The position numbers and the translations under genes were made by a program. Shown piece by piece: positions 24,954-36,261 of a stretch of DNA of 61,837 nt. Position 1 is the first letter of the stretch, and each line of letters opens with the position of its first letter. Source of the stretch: Bacteroidota bacterium (GTDB lineage Bacteria; Bacteroidota; Ignavibacteria; UBA10030; UBA8401); the NCBI GenBank assembly GCA_021796275.1, contig JAJYOI010000005.1:1-61837 (forward strand), in the 5' to 3' direction. Below the pieces are notes generated by a model. The model saw nothing but the letters and a program-made list of their open reading frames with translations. It ran no database searches and had not been told where the DNA came from.

Positions 24954-27134
24954 TCACACCTCTATCGGCAGTCCTGTTTCAAGCGACTCAAGAATTCTAA
25001 AAGTTGCCCGCGTCGTTGCTGCCAGGCTTTCAAAAGAAACAAGATCGCGCCCGCTGTGTATCGCCTCGACGAACTCCTCTACTTCGATCTTATGACCTTT
25101 CTCAATTACGGACGATTCGTGCACTTTTCGCGTACCGCCTTCAAACAATTCCAGCCGGGTGAAGTTGTCGAGGATTGCCGTTTTTCCGCCGGCATACATT
25201 TCAATATATTCTTTCGATACGGCGGCATCGCCGTTTGCAAGATAGGTAACGATGCCGACCGAGCCGTTTGAAAACTGAAGAGTGATTGCAACATTGTCAG
25301 ATTGCGTGCGGTTTCCTTTCAACGAAAGCGATTGTGCAAAAACTTTTACCGGCAGCGCGCCGGTAAGAAATTGAATCGTGTCAATAAAATGGCACACTTC
25401 TCCGATAATTCTTCCGCCGCCTTCAATCGGATCCTGCGTCCAGTGCTCTTTCGGAAGGAATCCCGCATTAACCCGGTAGGATACCAGCATCGGCTCACTA
25501 ACGTTGGCGAAAAATGCTTTCGCTTTTCGCACTGCCGGAGAGAAGCGGCGATTGAAACCGACAAGAAACCTGAGGCTTGCATGTTTCAACGATGCATTGT
25601 ACGCTTTCACCACGGCATCAAGTTCGGTATCGTTCAGCGCAAGCGGCTTTTCAACAAAGACATGTTTATTATGTTTGATCGCTTGTACGCACAATGGTGC
25701 ATGCAAGTTGTGCCGTGTTGCAATGAACACAGCGTCAATCGAACCCGATGCATAAATTTCTTTTGAATCGGTGGTTGCAAATTCAAAACCAAATTGGCGG
25801 GCGGCATTCTTCGCATTCAATCCGCTGCCGGTGCACACTCCTTTGAGCGTGACATTCTTGCCGGCAAGGTGCGGCAGAAGCGATGCCTGCGCAAAATTTC
25901 CGGCACCGATAAATCCGATCGAAAGCGCGCCTGCTTTTCCTGCAGGTAACGTCACAGCAATTTTCTTCACGGCTTCACGCTTTCCCTCTTGTCTGTTTTC
26001 TTTTTGGCGGAGCGGATATTCAATGAGCACGCCCAAATAACGTTCGCCGGATTTCCCAGTGATAAGTTGATACGCTTTCATTGCATCATCAATCGGAAAA
26101 GTATGTGTCGTCAACTTTTGCACGTTTACTTTTTTCTGCTGAACAAGCCGGAGAAATTCTTCCATGTTGCGTTTCTCCGTCCAACGGACGTACCCGATAG
26201 GATAATCAGATCCCTTTTCTTCGTACGAATGGTCATACCGTCCGGGTCCGTACGAGCGCGATAGGCAAAAATCCAATTCCTTCATGTAATACGGCGCACG
26301 CGGAAGCGTGATACCGACATCGCCGACAAGCACAACTCTTCCTTTGTCGCGGCTCAACTCGCCAGCCAACTGTACCGGATCGCTGCTCTTCGTTGCCGCG
26401 GTGATGATCACTGCATCCGCACCATAACCCTGAGTGAATGATTGCACATCTTTGATGATAGAAACCGATGCGCGGCTGTACGCAACATCGGCGCCGAGTG
26501 ATTTTGCAAGTGCCGTGGCATGCTTGTCAATATCAACACCGATAACGCAGCAGCCGGCTGCTTTCAATATCTGCACCGTCAATTGTCCAACCAAGCCTAA
26601 TCCGATGACGACAATTGTTTCGCCAAGCGTTGGTGCCGCCTGACGAACGCCTTGAAGTGCGATTGCACCGACGGTGGTATAGGCAGCATCCTGCAGTGCA
26701 ACAGCCGGCGGAATTTTTGCGCAAAGGTTTTTGGGAACGAAAATCAATTCCGCGTGCGATGCATAGCCGCCGCCTGCGCAAGCCACACGATCGCCGGGAA
26801 CAAAATCTTCAATGTCGTTTGCCACGGCAAGAACACTGCCGGCAGAGCTGTACCCCATCGCTCCGTACGCTTCCATTTTTGTCATTACTTTCTTGTACGT
26901 TGCGAAAACGCCCTGCTGTTTCATTTGCCGCAGCACAACTTTTACCATCTCAGGATTTGATTTCACTTTCGCCAGCATTCCCTCCTGCCGTTTTTGCACG
27001 GATGAGCGTTCAGTACCGGCACTGATAAGCGAGAAATGGTTTCGGACAATCACGCCGCCGCCGCGCAGCATGGAATCCGGAACTTCATCAATGTGCATTG
27101 TTCCCTTTTTTGATTCGATGGCAACCTGTTTCAT
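24954..27134 (-). CDS. Bi-domain oxidoreductase (MDR/Zn-ADH-like plus Gfo/Idh/MocA)
   Basis: 'SLISAGTE', 'GLGLVGQ', 'SRSYGPGRYD..YEEKG.DYPIGYVRWTE.RNM', second domain 'IGAGNFA', 'VEKPLA', 'VGFNRRFSP'. Confidence 0.9.
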   Translation of the reverse strand: MKQVAIESKKGTMHIDEVPDSMLRGGGVIVRNHFSLISAGTERSSVQKRQEGMLAKVKSNPEMVKVVLRQMKQQGVFATYKKVMTKMEAYGAMGYSSAGSVLAVANDIEDFVPGDRVACAGGGYASHAELIFVPKNLCAKIPPAVALQDAAYTTVGAIALQGVRQAAPTLGETIVVIGLGLVGQLTVQILKAAGCCVIGVDIDKHATALAKSLGADVAYSRASVSIIKDVQSFTQGYGADAVIITAATKSSDPVQLAGELSRDKGRVVLVGDVGITLPRAPYYMKELDFCLSRSYGPGRYDHSYEEKGSDYPIGYVRWTEKRNMEEFLRLVQQKKVNVQKLTTHTFPIDDAMKAYQLITGKSGERYLGVLIEYPLRQKENRQEGKREAVKKIAVTLPAGKAGALSIGFIGAGNFAQASLLPHLAGKNVTLKGVCTGSGLNAKNAARQFGFEFATTDSKEIYASGSIDAVFIATRHNLHAPLCVQAIKHNKHVFVEKPLALNDTELDAVVKAYNASLKHASLRFLVGFNRRFSPAVRKAKAFFANVSEPMLVSYRVNAGFLPKEHWTQDPIEGGGRIIGEVCHFIDTIQFLTGALPVKVFAQSLSLKGNRTQSDNVAITLQFSNGSVGIVTYLANGDAAVSKEYIEMYAGGKTAILDNFTRLELFEGGTRKVHESSVIEKGHKIEVEEFVEAIHSGRDLVSFESLAATTRATFRILESLETGLPIEV

Positions 27135-27167
27135 GGCCGTATCATCTTTCTCTGTTGTTGAACAGCA

Positions 27168-28181
27168 CTACACTTCTTCTCTGACAACTTCTGAAACGCG
27201 GACCTGGTCACGCAAGAAATAATATAGACCGATTACCGTTGTCACAATAAAACCTGATTCATGCGTCAGCACCGAGTAACTCAGCGCCGTCACCGGGTCA
27301 ATACCGAATAAATGTACGAGAGCGTACGACGTGAACGAGTGGTAGGTTCCGAAGCCGCTCGGCGTTGGAAAAACAAATGCCACCGTCGAGACCACCATCA
27401 AAATTGTTGCTGAACCGAAACCGAGTGCGTGCGTTTCCATCACGTGATACGCGCCAAACGGAATGTACATTGCCAGCGTATACAATCCCCAAATCACAAA
27501 ACTTGTTACAATGATCATAAAAAATTTCCCGGGATGATTGGCAATGGAAAATCCGGAGGCAAACAAAGAAAATTGTGCGTCGATCTTTTCCCGGAATCGT
27601 GCGGGAAGAATTACCGTGAGTCGTTTTACCATCGCAAAAAAAGCTTCCGCCTTGAAAAATACCACAACCAGCATCACAAACAATGCAACAACTGCAAAAA
27701 GAAAAACCGGTTCCAGCGATGCGAACGACGGAAATAATTCTCCGAACGAACGGGAATTCACAAAAAGCATCACCAGCAATATCATGAAAAATGTAATCAT
27801 GTCGAGAATACGCTCGATGACCACAGTGCCGAGCGCGGCAGATTTCGAAATTCCTTCAAGATTTCCCAGCACGTACGGGCGGACAACTTCGCCGACACGC
27901 GGCAAAACATTGTTCACCATATAGCCGATCATCACCGCAGAAAATGAATTTCGCAGGCTGACTTTTTCTTTCACCGGATATAACAAATATTGCCATCGCC
28001 ACGCGCGTGCAAGATGACTCAGGATAGTCACTACAGCCAGCAAAACGATCCATGTCCAGTTCACGTTCACGAGCGAATTCCACAGCGCACTCAACTTGAC
28101 GCCGCGAAATGCAAGGTACATGAACAGCACGGTTAGTACAAAGCTGATGCCATATCGAAGAAACGATTGAGATTTTTTCAT
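27168..28181 (-). CDS. Lysylphosphatidylglycerol synthase TM-domain (UPF0104 flippase-like) protein
   Basis: 'RAWRWQYLL', 'GYMVNNVLPRVGEVVR', 'GTVVIERILD', 'PTPSGFGTYH'. Confidence 0.88.
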   Translation of the reverse strand: MKKSQSFLRYGISFVLTVLFMYLAFRGVKLSALWNSLVNVNWTWIVLLAVVTILSHLARAWRWQYLLYPVKEKVSLRNSFSAVMIGYMVNNVLPRVGEVVRPYVLGNLEGISKSAALGTVVIERILDMITFFMILLVMLFVNSRSFGELFPSFASLEPVFLFAVVALFVMLVVVFFKAEAFFAMVKRLTVILPARFREKIDAQFSLFASGFSIANHPGKFFMIIVTSFVIWGLYTLAMYIPFGAYHVMETHALGFGSATILMVVSTVAFVFPTPSGFGTYHSFTSYALVHLFGIDPVTALSYSVLTHESGFIVTTVIGLYYFLRDQVRVSEVVREEV

Positions 28182-28192
28182 ACGGCGGAATG

Positions 28193-28900
28193 CTATTCGT
28201 GGCGGGCTTTTGCTTTGAGCGCGCGAAGATCAACAACCTGCACGCCGTTGGGAACGGTAAACGAAAAGACACTATCAGCAACGCCGTTGTTGATTGTCAG
28301 TGAATGAATGGTGTACACACTCTGCGTTTCGTTCATATCAATATATTCGACTTTCCGAATGCTCCAATCTTTTTCCGAGACCCAAATTTTCAGCGACGTC
28401 ACCATGGCGGCGGACGGTGTTCCTTTGCGCGGAATAAGCTTCAGCACATAGCGTGCGTTCGTTGAAGGCAAATTCTCATTAAGAAACACGGCGTAAAAAT
28501 CTGTCGGAACGCTGAAAAGAAATTTATCCGGCGAAAAAGTTTTCGCATTTTCTTTGTATGTATCAATCAACACCTGACGATTAATCGGCGAATACGCCCA
28601 CACCGTTTTCCCATCGGTGATGATAGTTTGTTGATCGGTTTGAATGCGATATTTATTATCTTTCTTCATTTGAAGTTCGCCGGAAAGTGACTGCTGAACA
28701 TTTGTGTATTTGAATTTCACTTGCTCGGTGAACGTTGCAGACGCATCGTCTATTTTGGAATACGCCTCACGGACTTTCTCCAGCACTTGTGCCGGCTCCA
28801 AAGCCGTCTGCGTGAGGGCAGAGGAAGAAAGCGTCAATGCCATCGCACCAATGATTGAATATGAACGCAGTGACATTTTGTGTATTGTGTACATGTTCAT
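28193..28900 (-). CDS. lolA: Outer-membrane lipoprotein carrier LolA-like protein
   Basis: Signal peptide; 'KYRI...QTIITDGKTVWAYSP..RQVLI', 'FSFTVPNGVQVVDLR'; ATGA-coupled to ftsK. Confidence 0.85.
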   Translation of the reverse strand: MNMYTIHKMSLRSYSIIGAMALTLSSSALTQTALEPAQVLEKVREAYSKIDDASATFTEQVKFKYTNVQQSLSGELQMKKDNKYRIQTDQQTIITDGKTVWAYSPINRQVLIDTYKENAKTFSPDKFLFSVPTDFYAVFLNENLPSTNARYVLKLIPRKGTPSAAMVTSLKIWVSEKDWSIRKVEYIDMNETQSVYTIHSLTINNGVADSVFSFTVPNGVQVVDLRALKAKARHE

Positions 28901-31353
28901 TGACTTTTCAAAATGGCTTCCAACTCCGCTTCGCTTTCGACCAGCACTTCGCGGGCTTTACTTCCATCAAATGGACCAACGATACCGGTCGCTTCAAGTT
29001 CATCCACCAAACGTGCAGCGCGCGAGTAGCCGATCTTCAAACGGCGCTGCAATAACGACACCGAGCCTTGTTGATGACGAACGATCGTCCGCGCAGCTTC
29101 TTCAAATAATTCATCACGCTCGCCTCCGCTTGCGGTCAACGCAGCGCGCTGTTTATCCAGCACAGACGGCAATTCAAACGGACGGCTGTATCCTTTTTGC
29201 TTGCCGATATGTTCGACAATGGCTTCAACTTCATCGGTCGAAATAAATGCATTTTGAATGCGCACAGGCTTCGGACTGCCGGACGGAAGATACAGCATAT
29301 CGCCGTTGCCGAGCAATTGTTCTGCGCCGTTCATATCAAGAATCGTACGCGAATCAATTTTTGACGAAACCTGATATGCGAGGCGTGCCGGAAAATTTGC
29401 TTTGATGACGCCGGTGATAACATCCACCGAAGGACGCTGCGTTGCAAGAACGAGATGGATACCCACAGCACGCGCAAGTTGTGCGAGCCGTGCAATCGGT
29501 TCTTCAACTTCCCGCGCAGCGGTGATCATGAGATCGGCAAGCTCGTCAATCACCACAACGAGGTACGGCAGTTTATGGTGTTTGATCGTATCGGTATCTT
29601 TTAGTTTTCCCGCCTCGACACGCTCGTTGTAATCTGCAATATTGCGCACGCCGGCATGAGCGAGGCGATCGTACCGCTGCTCCATTTCCAACTCCGCCGC
29701 CTTCAACGCAAGCACGGCATTTTGCGGTGTCGTAAGAATTTCTTCGTCAACATCTTTCGACACAGCAAGAAAATGGTGCTTTAATTTTCTGTACAAACTC
29801 AGTTCGATTTTTTTCGGATCGATAATCAGGAATTTCACTTCGGAAGGATGCAGCCGATAGATCAGACTTGTCAGGATCGTATTAATGCCGACCGATTTTC
29901 CCGAACCTGTTGAACCGGCAATGAGCAAGTGCGGCATTTTCGTAAGATCGTCAATGTACACTTCGCCGGAAATTGTTTTCCCCATCGCAAGAGGAAGTGC
30001 AGCTTTTGCATCGCGAAATTTTGTTGAATTGATGATGCTGCGAATGGTCACGATCTGCGGCCTGTTGTTTGGAATTTCGACGCCGACAGTTCCGCGCCCG
30101 GGAATCGGCGCTTCAATGCGAATTCCTTTTGCCTGCATTGCAAGCGCCAAATCATTAGAGAGCGCCGTGATTTTCGAAATCTTTACGCCGGTCGCGGGAA
30201 CAAGTTCATAGAGCGTTACGACCGGTCCCGGCGTTACGCTCACACTGGCAACTTCTACATCAAAATCCGCAAGCTTTGCGCGAAGAAGTTCGGCATTTGC
30301 TTTCAACTCGTTGTCATCAATAGTTTCACTCTGGCGTTTCGCGTCGAGCAATTCAACTGAAGGAAAAACATAATCAATTTCTTCATCCTGAACGTCGCGT
30401 TCATCAAGTGTAACTTCTTCTTCCTCTTTATCGCTTGCTGTTTTTTTAATGTCAAGCTGTAAATCCCTTTGGGATTGAAGATCGGAACTCTGGTCATCGG
30501 CGAATTCGGTCGGTTCCTCGTCTTCTTCAGGGGGAATCTCCTCAGGCGCCGCGCGTTTGATCTTCGGCGAAAGCAAAGCGAGTGCAGACTGCTCCGCTGA
30601 TTCCGTGTCGGGTCGTTTGACGGCGATAGATTTTTTTTCTTCGGCGCGGCGGCTGCGCGCATCTTTCCACCCGTTTATTTTAGCCCCAAGCATTGAAACA
30701 CCGGAAGCGAAAATATTTTTTATCCGCTCCGAGGTCACATGCAAATCAAGATCGAACGCAAGCACTGCCGTGATAAACAGCAGCGATACGGTAAGAATTA
30801 AACCGCCTGCGACGCCAATCAACTGTTTCAGAATTGTAGAAAGGAATGCGCCGGCAAGTCCGCTCCACTGCGGCGGAAGAACGTCGGACAATCCGGCAAA
30901 CCTGAGAAATCCGAACAGCGTCGCACCGAGAATACTGATCACGATGACGTAATTTGTGAAGTAGGTCAGTTTGCGGAGATCGCCGCGGCGCAAGGTTGTC
31001 CATCCCCACGCAACCATAAGAAACGGAAGAAAGAAAATGAAATAACCGACGGTCGAGTTGATTAAGCCGCTCGACACCATCGCGCCGAGCAAACCGAGCC
31101 AATTTGTCGTGCTGTTTGCTTTTGCCTGAATCAGCACATCGTTTGTAAAAATTCTCGAAAGGCTTGACAACGGAATATCACCGTTCGCCTCATCGCCCGG
31201 AGAATAGGAAACAAGACTGAGCAACACCAACACGCCGCAGATCATCAAAAGAAATGACGCGATTTGCCAGCCGCGTTTTCCGCGGGATGGCTTTCCATTC
31301 GTTTTTCTTCGGCGCGATGCGGAACGATCAGCAGTAAAAATAGAATCTTCCAT
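28897..31353 (-). CDS. ftsK: DNA translocase FtsK
   Basis: N-terminal TM domain; 'MPHLLIAGSTGSGKSV', 'IDELADLM', 'ATQRPSVDVITG', gamma domain 'SLLQRRLKIGYSRAARL'. Confidence 0.97.
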   Translation of the reverse strand: MEDSIFTADRSASRRRKTNGKPSRGKRGWQIASFLLMICGVLVLLSLVSYSPGDEANGDIPLSSLSRIFTNDVLIQAKANSTTNWLGLLGAMVSSGLINSTVGYFIFFLPFLMVAWGWTTLRRGDLRKLTYFTNYVIVISILGATLFGFLRFAGLSDVLPPQWSGLAGAFLSTILKQLIGVAGGLILTVSLLFITAVLAFDLDLHVTSERIKNIFASGVSMLGAKINGWKDARSRRAEEKKSIAVKRPDTESAEQSALALLSPKIKRAAPEEIPPEEDEEPTEFADDQSSDLQSQRDLQLDIKKTASDKEEEEVTLDERDVQDEEIDYVFPSVELLDAKRQSETIDDNELKANAELLRAKLADFDVEVASVSVTPGPVVTLYELVPATGVKISKITALSNDLALAMQAKGIRIEAPIPGRGTVGVEIPNNRPQIVTIRSIINSTKFRDAKAALPLAMGKTISGEVYIDDLTKMPHLLIAGSTGSGKSVGINTILTSLIYRLHPSEVKFLIIDPKKIELSLYRKLKHHFLAVSKDVDEEILTTPQNAVLALKAAELEMEQRYDRLAHAGVRNIADYNERVEAGKLKDTDTIKHHKLPYLVVVIDELADLMITAAREVEEPIARLAQLARAVGIHLVLATQRPSVDVITGVIKANFPARLAYQVSSKIDSRTILDMNGAEQLLGNGDMLYLPSGSPKPVRIQNAFISTDEVEAIVEHIGKQKGYSRPFELPSVLDKQRAALTASGGERDELFEEAARTIVRHQQGSVSLLQRRLKIGYSRAARLVDELEATGIVGPFDGSKAREVLVESEAELEAILKSQ

Positions 31354-31395
31354 TGAGCGAAGCTATTCCTTCGAAACTGGAGTTTTGAAGAACAT

Positions 31396-32163
31396 TCAAT
31401 CAGGCTTGGCTTCCGTCACGGCGGCTGTTTTCGTTTCCTCTTTCTTCAGCTTAATGACATTGCCTGCCAAAATCGGAAGTACCGGAATTGAATCGATCTC
31501 GACGCACAGCTTTAAATCATCTTCAAATCCGATACCGGAAAGATATCTTCCATGGTCGCAGCTTTTGATCATCTTCAAAAGATTTTTATTGTACGTCTTA
31601 TAGAGAACGTGTGCTGTAACAGCGGCGTCGTTCAATTCAAGCATTAACGAATCACGCTCCGATAATAATTTAACAATCATGCCGGCGCACACCGCATCTT
31701 CAAGCGAAAAGAGCGACTGCTTTCCGGCACAGACGATGGAAAAATCTTCGCCGACTTCCATCATGAAATCAGCGACAAGCGAAATATTGTTGAAGCAAGC
31801 AACCGCCATATTTTTTGCATGACGGGCGCGCACCATTGCGACAGAGCCGTTGGTCGTGCATAAAATGATGGATTTTCCTTTGACAGCTTCTTCCGTGTAT
31901 TCGCTCGGAGAATTTCCGAGATTGAAGCCGTCAATCATTTTCCCGTTGCGCTCGCCGCCGCGAAGAACAACATCGCCAAAAAGATTGCCGGAAACTTTTA
32001 CGGCAGATTCAACGGTGCTGACAGGAATTATCTCACGCGCGCCGTTACGGAGCGCCGCAACTATCGTACTGCTCGCGCGAAGGACATCAATGACGATGAC
32101 ATTTTTTTCGCGCAACTGCATTTCATCCACCTGAACAGGTGAAAAGTAGACGTCTATTTTCAT
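31396..32163 (-). CDS. comB: 2-phosphosulfolactate phosphatase family protein
   Basis: 'VIDVLRASSTI', 'GERNG..IDGFNLGNSP.EY', 'TTNG', 'SLEDAVCAG'. Confidence 0.9.
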   Translation of the reverse strand: MKIDVYFSPVQVDEMQLREKNVIVIDVLRASSTIVAALRNGAREIIPVSTVESAVKVSGNLFGDVVLRGGERNGKMIDGFNLGNSPSEYTEEAVKGKSIILCTTNGSVAMVRARHAKNMAVACFNNISLVADFMMEVGEDFSIVCAGKQSLFSLEDAVCAGMIVKLLSERDSLMLELNDAAVTAHVLYKTYNKNLLKMIKSCDHGRYLSGIGFEDDLKLCVEIDSIPVLPILAGNVIKLKKEETKTAAVTEAKPD

Positions 32164-32184
32164 GTGCGAATCCCCACGAGATTG

Positions 32185-33264
32185 TTATTTGTGCAAAAAT
32201 GGAAACGCAACGATTTTTGCCTCCGTTAATGATCCACGAATATCAATGGCAACGGTGTTGCCGGTAACGGCGTGTTCGGCGGCAACATATCCCATCGCAA
32301 TTCCTTGTTCAAGCGATGGAGAAAATGTTCCGCTTGTTACCGCACCGACCTTATTGCCATTGGCCTGAACTGCGTAGCCGTGCCGTGCAACTGTTTTGCC
32401 CGGCAGCGCCATACCGACTAATTTTCTTTTGACGCCTTCCGCTTTTACTTTTTCCAGCACAGGTTTGCTGATAAACTCTCCCTTTGAAAGTTTTGTGATC
32501 CAGCCAAGTCCTGCTTCGAGCGTATTTGTCGTTTGATCAATATCGTTGCCGTAAAGGCAATAGCCCATTTCGAGCCGAAGCGTGTCACGCGCCCCAAGTC
32601 CTATCGGCGCTATTTCAAATTCTTTGCCCGCATCGAATACTGCAGTCCATATTTTCTCTGCATGCTCTGACGAAAAATAAATTTCAAATCCCGGTTCACC
32701 GGTATAACCGGTCCGTGAAATAATCATCTCAACGCCCGCGCAAGTTCCTTTTGCGAAATGATAGTATTCTATAGAAGCTAAATTCACCGGCGTCAATTTT
32801 TGCAGCGTGCGTTCTGCTTTCGGCCCTTGAATTGCAAGAAGCGCAGTTGCGTCGCTTTCATTTCTCAATTCAACATCGGGAAGCAAATGATTGTTCATCC
32901 ATTGAAAATCTTTGTCGATGTTCGACGCATTGACGACAACCATAAAATGATTTTCGCCAAGCTTATACACCAACAGGTCATCAACAATACCGCCGTCGTC
33001 GTAACACATTGCGGAATACTGTGCCCGTCCCGGTACAAGTTTCGCGACGTCGTTCACCGTAATTTTCTGAAGAAACGCCAACGCATTAGTTCCCTTCACA
33101 AGGAACTCGCCCATGTGTGAAACATCAAACACTCCGACTGATGAGCGAACTTTTTTATGCTCGGCAATAATGCTTGTGTACTGCACCGGCATTTCGTAAC
33201 CGCCGAACGGAACGATCTTCGCGCCCATGTGCTGATGCTGCGTATAGAACGGCGTGCGTTTCAT
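32185..33264 (-). CDS. gcvT: Glycine cleavage system aminomethyltransferase T
   Basis: Start MKRTPF at 33264; 'FDVSHMGE', '[11 protein letters not shown]', '[17 protein letters not shown]'. Confidence 0.96.
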   Translation of the reverse strand: MKRTPFYTQHQHMGAKIVPFGGYEMPVQYTSIIAEHKKVRSSVGVFDVSHMGEFLVKGTNALAFLQKITVNDVAKLVPGRAQYSAMCYDDGGIVDDLLVYKLGENHFMVVVNASNIDKDFQWMNNHLLPDVELRNESDATALLAIQGPKAERTLQKLTPVNLASIEYYHFAKGTCAGVEMIISRTGYTGEPGFEIYFSSEHAEKIWTAVFDAGKEFEIAPIGLGARDTLRLEMGYCLYGNDIDQTTNTLEAGLGWITKLSKGEFISKPVLEKVKAEGVKRKLVGMALPGKTVARHGYAVQANGNKVGAVTSGTFSPSLEQGIAMGYVAAEHAVTGNTVAIDIRGSLTEAKIVAFPFLHK

Positions 33265-33932
33265 TTTTTCACACCCTTTGTCGCCTCTGGTGCCATCTTC
33301 GATTTCCAATCGGAAAGAAATTTTTCCAAACCAATATCAGTAAGCGGATGCTTGATGAGCTGTTCAATTACTTTGAACGGCATCGTGCAAATATCTGCGC
33401 CCATCATTGCCGCTTCGATCACATGCAGCGGATGACGCACGCTCGCCACGAGAACCTGCGTATCGTAGCCGTAGTTATGATAAATGGTAACGATCTGTCC
33501 GACAATCTCCATGCCGTTATGGCTGATGTCGTCAAGCCTGCCGACAAACGGACTGATGAAGTACGCACCGGCTTTGGCAGCGAGCAGCGCTTGATTGGCA
33601 GAAAAGCAGAGCGTAACATTCGTACGAATACCTTCCGCCTTTAATGCTTTTACTGCTTTCAATCCTTCTTTAATAAGAGGTACTTTCACAACAATGTTGT
33701 CGTGAATTTTTGCCAGCTCGCGCCCTTCTTTCATGATGCCGTTAAAATCAGTCGAAACAACTTCAGCGCTGATCGGCCCCTTGACAACGGCGCAGATTTC
33801 TTTCAACAGCGGAACAAATTCTTTTCCTTCTTTCGCAACCAAACTCGGATTTGTTGTCACGCCATCAAGCACACCGAGATCGTTTGCTTCCTTAATTTCG
33901 GCGAGGTTCGCCGTGTCAATAAAAAACTTCAT
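33261..33932 (-). CDS. tal: Transaldolase (TalC/MipB short form, often annotated fsa)
   Basis: Start MKFFIDTAN at 33932; 'GVTTNPSL', 'ISAEV' (Glu) and 'SPFVGR' (Phe) indicate transaldolase rather than F6P aldolase. Confidence 0.9.
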   Translation of the reverse strand: MKFFIDTANLAEIKEANDLGVLDGVTTNPSLVAKEGKEFVPLLKEICAVVKGPISAEVVSTDFNGIMKEGRELAKIHDNIVVKVPLIKEGLKAVKALKAEGIRTNVTLCFSANQALLAAKAGAYFISPFVGRLDDISHNGMEIVGQIVTIYHNYGYDTQVLVASVRHPLHVIEAAMMGADICTMPFKVIEQLIKHPLTDIGLEKFLSDWKSKMAPEATKGVKK

Positions 33933-33942
33933 TACACATTCC

Positions 33943-35574
33943 TCATTGTTTATATTCTGCAGTAATATCTTTTCCGGTTTTGCGAGAGATGAATTGGAAT
34001 TCATCGATAGCAAGCGTTTTGTCCTCTTCCAGTTTGACAAGAACAAAAAATCGCCACATGATTTTGCGAAGGCGATTGAATGTTCCTTCCGTCAAATACT
34101 GCGCCAAACTCGGATGAACATGAAGGGTAAGCCGGGTTTCATGCGATTCAGATTTGAAGCGGCGTATCCAGCGTTCGATTTGGCTTACAATGGTCGTCTT
34201 CGATTGAATTAATCCGCTGCCGCCGCATACCGGACACGGTTCGGTGAAACTGTGAATGATACTCTGCCGAACGCGTTGACGCGTTATCTGCATCAAGCAG
34301 AATTCCGTCAACGGTAGCACCGTAACTTTTGCACGGTCCTTGCGGAATTCGCGTTTCACTTCATCGTAGATTTTCTTCCTGTTCTTTTCATCCTCCATAT
34401 CGATGAAATCAATGACGATAATTCCTCCCAAATCCCGGAGTCGAATCTGACGGCAGATTTCACGTGCCGCTTCAAGATCGGTGCGCAGAGAATTCAATTC
34501 CTGTTCCTGTTTCGCTGCGTAGCGTCCGCTGTTTACATCGATAACTGTCATCGCTTCAGTATGATCAAGAATGATGTAGCCGCCGCTTTTCAACCACACT
34601 TTGCGCGCAAGTGTCGTTGCAATTTCTTTTTCCACACCGTTGGCGTCGAAAATCGGTTCGCGGCGATTGTACAGTTCGATCTTCTCAACCATGTTCGGTG
34701 AAAACATCTTTACATAGGCTTTGATTTCCTTGTAGAGTTTTTTGCTGTCGACGACAACGCGCTCAACGTCTTCGCGAAAAAGATCGCGAATGACACTCGA
34801 CGTGGTCGCCATATCTTTATAGAGCAAGGCGGGAGCGTTTTCTTCCTTGACAGTTTTTTCGATCGCGTGCCATGTATTCAACAGCGCCTCAAGATCCTGC
34901 AAGAGAAGTTTTTCGTCCTGATTTTCTGCGTTTGTGCGGACAATAACGCCGAACGTCGGCGGTAAAATGCTGCGCACTAATTTTCGTAAACGGCGCTTCT
35001 CTTTAAAGCTCGAGATTTTTTTTGAAACGCCGATCTTCCCATCGAATGGCAACAGAACAAGAAATCTTCCCGGCAAAGAAACTTCCGATGTAACGCGCAC
35101 TCCTTTTTTTCCAACCGGTTCTTTTGTAATCTGAACAATAATATCCTGCCCTTTCACAAGATTGACGTGCGGGCGCGGCCGCCGGTCGCGGCGATCCGCA
35201 GGCTTTGCAGGAGGCGCTTCAACACTGACGGCAGCTCCATTGTTGGGTGAAGATTGTTGCGGGAAGGTACCTTGAGACTCTTCGTCTGCTTCATCAGTAT
35301 CAACTTCGGTATCATCTTCAAGAAGGGAATTATAATCGCTCAGCGAGGCGCCGATATCGGAAAAATGCAGGAAGGCATCTTGTTGCAACCCGATGTCAAT
35401 AAACGATGCCTGAATTCCCGGCATTACTTTAGCAACTTTCCCCACATAAATATCGCCGACCATCCGTTCCTTTTCAGGAGATTCAACGAACAGCTCAACA
35501 AGCTTGCCGTCTTCCGTTATCGCAATACGGATTTCTTTTTCAGAGGTAGCGTTAATGATAATTTCTTTTTTCAT
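33943..35574 (-). CDS. Rne/Rng family ribonuclease (RNase E/G)
   Basis: S1 'FIDIG...DAFLH', 'VQITKEP..KKG.RVT', 'TVIDVNSG', '[18 protein letters not shown]', 'CPVCGG.G'. Confidence 0.95.
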   Translation of the reverse strand: MKKEIIINATSEKEIRIAITEDGKLVELFVESPEKERMVGDIYVGKVAKVMPGIQASFIDIGLQQDAFLHFSDIGASLSDYNSLLEDDTEVDTDEADEESQGTFPQQSSPNNGAAVSVEAPPAKPADRRDRRPRPHVNLVKGQDIIVQITKEPVGKKGVRVTSEVSLPGRFLVLLPFDGKIGVSKKISSFKEKRRLRKLVRSILPPTFGVIVRTNAENQDEKLLLQDLEALLNTWHAIEKTVKEENAPALLYKDMATTSSVIRDLFREDVERVVVDSKKLYKEIKAYVKMFSPNMVEKIELYNRREPIFDANGVEKEIATTLARKVWLKSGGYIILDHTEAMTVIDVNSGRYAAKQEQELNSLRTDLEAAREICRQIRLRDLGGIIVIDFIDMEDEKNRKKIYDEVKREFRKDRAKVTVLPLTEFCLMQITRQRVRQSIIHSFTEPCPVCGGSGLIQSKTTIVSQIERWIRRFKSESHETRLTLHVHPSLAQYLTEGTFNRLRKIMWRFFVLVKLEEDKTLAIDEFQFISRKTGKDITAEYKQ

Positions 35575-35816
35575 TCGAACATTCTCAATTCCTCAAAGTG
35601 TCGTGAAATCGGTTGAACCATGAGTGATGGTTTGCTTTCTGATGCCGGGCGGCTCCCTCAGCACACCCGAAAACTTTCTGGCAGGAAAAAACACCCCAGC
35701 TGCACAACGAAATATTCTTCTTGCACCCTCAGCAATGAACAACCGACAAAAAGCTGATTGTTGAGATGGTAGAATTGAGGAGTCATTCCGCCTTTCTCAA
35801 TAATTTAGAATGGTAG

Positions 35817-35845
35817 AAGGTACAAAAAATACCATTGGCTTGCAA
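35817..35845 (-). promoter_or_regulatory. sigma70-type promoter of the RNase E/G operon (implies a ~235-nt leader)
   Basis: Minus strand TTGCAA-17 bp-TACCTT. Confidence 0.5.
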
Positions 35846-35883
35846 GAAATTTTACTTTGTGCAATGCAACAGGCACAATAAAA

Positions 35884-35981
35884 AGGTCAAGCTGGCTGTA
35901 TCACACTTTCAGATGCGGGCCGTTGCTTCCTTCCGGACCTGGCGGGGTTGGGCAGCTTACAGTTGTACAGTGCTTGACCTC
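35884..35981 (-). ncRNA. ffs: Signal recognition particle RNA (small, 4.5S type)
   Basis: Minus strand contains 'gccaggtccggaaggaagcaacgg' (domain IV with GGAA loop) closed by the terminal helix aggtcaagc/gcttgacct. Confidence 0.92.
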
Positions 35982-36007
35982 ATTTACCGAATTGATTTCT
36001 CTTGACT

Positions 36008-36036
36008 AAGATACGAAAGTATTGCGTATGAGGCAA
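36008..36036 (-). promoter_or_regulatory. sigma70-type promoter of ffs
   Basis: Minus strand TTGCCT-17 bp-TATCTT. Confidence 0.55.
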
Positions 36037-36261
36037 GATTTTCTCCCAAAAGAAGGTTGTTCGGATAGAAAGGAAATCCACGATAGAACTATCAAAGCAC
36101 AAACGCAATTACTTTTCTTTCCAACACATTATGACCTTTAACATTACACGCACTGTCTTTGCACACTGTAACTTATTTTTGTGCTCGGATTGAACAGCCG
36201 CCAACGTTTTATTATATTGAAAGCCAAAGCTTGCACGAGAATATTTCTTGAAAGAAAATAT

